Shown piece after piece: positions 62,780 through 64,000 of a stretch of 64,000 nt of DNA. Numbering within the stretch: the first letter of the stretch is position 1; every line of letters starts with the position of its first letter. The notes below the pieces were generated by a model. It did no database searches, was not told the DNA's origin, and was given only the letters and a program-made list of their open reading frames with translations. The stretch comes from an uncultured Bacteroidales bacterium (GTDB lineage: Bacteria; Bacteroidota; Bacteroidia; Bacteroidales; JAUNSR01), in the NCBI GenBank assembly GCA_947074105.1, contig CAMTON010000002.1, positions 24,003-88,002 of the forward strand, given 5' to 3'. A program made the position numbers and the translations under genes.

Positions 62780-62864
62780 TGCAACCGTACAGTTGTCATA
62801 TTGCAAGTGTACGGTGACAACATGACAACTGTACGGTGGTAATATAACAACTGTCCAACTGTAC
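62780..62864 (+). repeat. 22-nt-periodic intergenic repeat, copy C
   Basis: TGCAACCGTACAGT | TGTCATATTGCAAGTGTACGGT | GACAACATGACAACTGTACGGT | GGTAATATAACAACTGTCCAACTGTAC. Confidence 0.8.
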
Positions 62865-63113
62865 AAAAAGAGCATATGTGAGCTTAAAAAGAGAGAGATA
62901 AAATACAGTTTAAATATATTATTTAATAATAATTTCAATAGCATTAAATTTATGTAATAAAAACACTTATTTAATACAAAAAAATTGTTTTCTTTAAGGC
63001 ATAAATTTTAACTGATGAATGTAGCAGGTAATTATTGAGTTGTTTGTCACATTATGGATCAGATTAAAGTGTATGAAAGATTAATCAACTGCAATAAAGA
63101 GTTTCAAATAAGT

Positions 63114-63626
63114 ATGAAAAAGAGGTTATCGCAATATCTGATGATGATATTCTGTATTTCTGTCTTTACGGGATGTGTATCGACAAAAAAGCTGTCATTA
63201 CGAAATGATCTTGTCAGGACGGAAAATAAACTGGGGATAAATTTAACCAAATGGGATAATCTTGAATTTTATGTAGAGTGCTCCAATTGGCTTGGCACAT
63301 CATACCGACATGGTGGGATGAGTAAGAACGGAGTAGACTGTTCTGGATTTACAAATGTGATTTACAATAACGTTTTTAACAAAAAACTAGAAAGAAGTTC
63401 TCATTTGATTTACAGCAAAAACTGTCGCCGAATATCTAAAAGTTCACTGAAGCCGGGAGACCTTGTTTTTTTTAGAACGGGTAAGTCGAGAAAGATAGAT
63501 CACGTAGGGATATATCTGAAAGACAATAAGTTTATTCATGCATCTCCGCGTGGAGGAGTAAGGGTCGACAGCCTTAATGACAAATACTACAAGATGACTT
63601 ATTACAAATCCGGAAGAGTCAGATAA
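63114..63626 (+). CDS. NlpC/P60 (C40) peptidoglycan endopeptidase lipoprotein
   Basis: Lipobox VFTGC after MKKRLSQYLMMIFCIS. Catalytic GVDCSGF, DHVGIY and IHAS. The ORF track start at 63054 is probably too far upstream. Confidence 0.85.
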   Translation: MKKRLSQYLMMIFCISVFTGCVSTKKLSLRNDLVRTENKLGINLTKWDNLEFYVECSNWLGTSYRHGGMSKNGVDCSGFTNVIYNNVFNKKLERSSHLIYSKNCRRISKSSLKPGDLVFFRTGKSRKIDHVGIYLKDNKFIHASPRGGVRVDSLNDKYYKMTYYKSGRVR

Positions 63627-63817
63627 AAAAGATTCTGATATCATATACGGAGGCATTTTGAATATAAATAAGCAAGTTTTCAGAATTAAAAGATTATTAG
63701 AAAAAACACATGAAAAACTTCTTTTATTTATGGGAAATTCTAACTTTGTAGAGTATAATTTTATAAAATAATAATATTAATTATATCATCATTTTTATTA
63801 AAAAACTAATAACCATT

Positions 63818-64000
63818 ATGAACTTAAGTCATATCGAACACTTGGGAATAGCGGTAAAAAATCTTGAAACAGCTATACCATATTATGAAAATGTATTAGG
63901 ATTAAAATGCTATTCAATTGAAGAGGTACCTTCTCAAAAAGTAAAAACAGCTTTCTTCAAAATAGGAGATACAAAAATCGAACTTCTTGAACCGACAAGT
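63818..64000 (+). CDS. mce: Methylmalonyl-CoA epimerase (glyoxalase/VOC fold), 5' partial at the window edge
   Basis: My own translation from the ATG at 63818: [61 protein letters not shown], the typical epimerase N-terminus. Runs off the window. Confidence 0.7.
   Translation, partial: MNLSHIEHLGIAVKNLETAIPYYENVLGLKCYSIEEVPSQKVKTAFFKIGDTKIELLEPTS

Noticed and set aside
62726-62944. 72-aa ORF on the minus strand upstream of the B12 riboswitch.
   Set aside because: It is drawn straight across repeat copy C and AT-rich promoter DNA. It shows no coding signal, so I treat it as spurious.

Overview
This 64-kb chromosomal segment reads as a low-GC member of the Bacteroidota, probably Bacteroidales-like. 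Supporting signs are Bacteroidota-type -7 promoter boxes (TAnnTTTG) ahead of several genes, SpI/SpII signals on glycoside hydrolases and binding proteins, a TonB-dependent receptor locus and an archaeal-type ProRS. I count about 57 credible protein genes, two riboswitches (TPP and cobalamin) and many hairpin terminators. I found no rRNA, tRNA, CRISPR array, transposase, integrase or phage gene. Layout: (i) 0.4-12.5 kb holds TetR-fabG-TetR, then a type-II-FAS / aryl-polyene-like lipid biosynthesis and export cluster (acyltransferase, KS, ACP, two hotdog dehydratases, thioesterase, MMPL exporter, CrtI-like oxidoreductase, ketoreductase, LolA-like protein). (ii) proS. (iii) A TPP riboswitch followed by thiD-thiS-tenI-like-thiE-thiG-thiC-thiH-thiF. 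(iv) GH43, a 7alpha-HSDH-like SDR, EamA, queE-queD, yeiH, LysR and a paaK-like ligase. (v) 31.9-38.7 kb is a block of five genes with no assignable role: a TPR protein with a STAND-like arm but no NTPase, a DUF1232 protein, a Zn-ribbon membrane protein, a 451-aa orphan and a wHTH-AAA+ ATPase. This block is my best candidate for an undescribed system, but the evidence is contextual only. (vi) GH127, ipdC-UDG-DUF2945, a redox/detox neighbourhood with export-signal flavoproteins, two aldo/keto reductases, a tautomerase, a metallophosphoesterase, a CE1-type esterase, a YhdH-type reductase and LysE. (vii) A eukaryote-type phospholipase-B-like Ntn hydrolase, a cobalamin-riboswitch btuB / BtuG-like / BtuF-like operon, NlpC/P60, and the 5' part of a methylmalonyl-CoA epimerase gene. 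The most unusual non-genic signal is a 22-nt-periodic repeat family at three intergenic loci (26.8, 49.6 and 62.8 kb). All calls rest on motif reading and recall of protein families. No database search was run.
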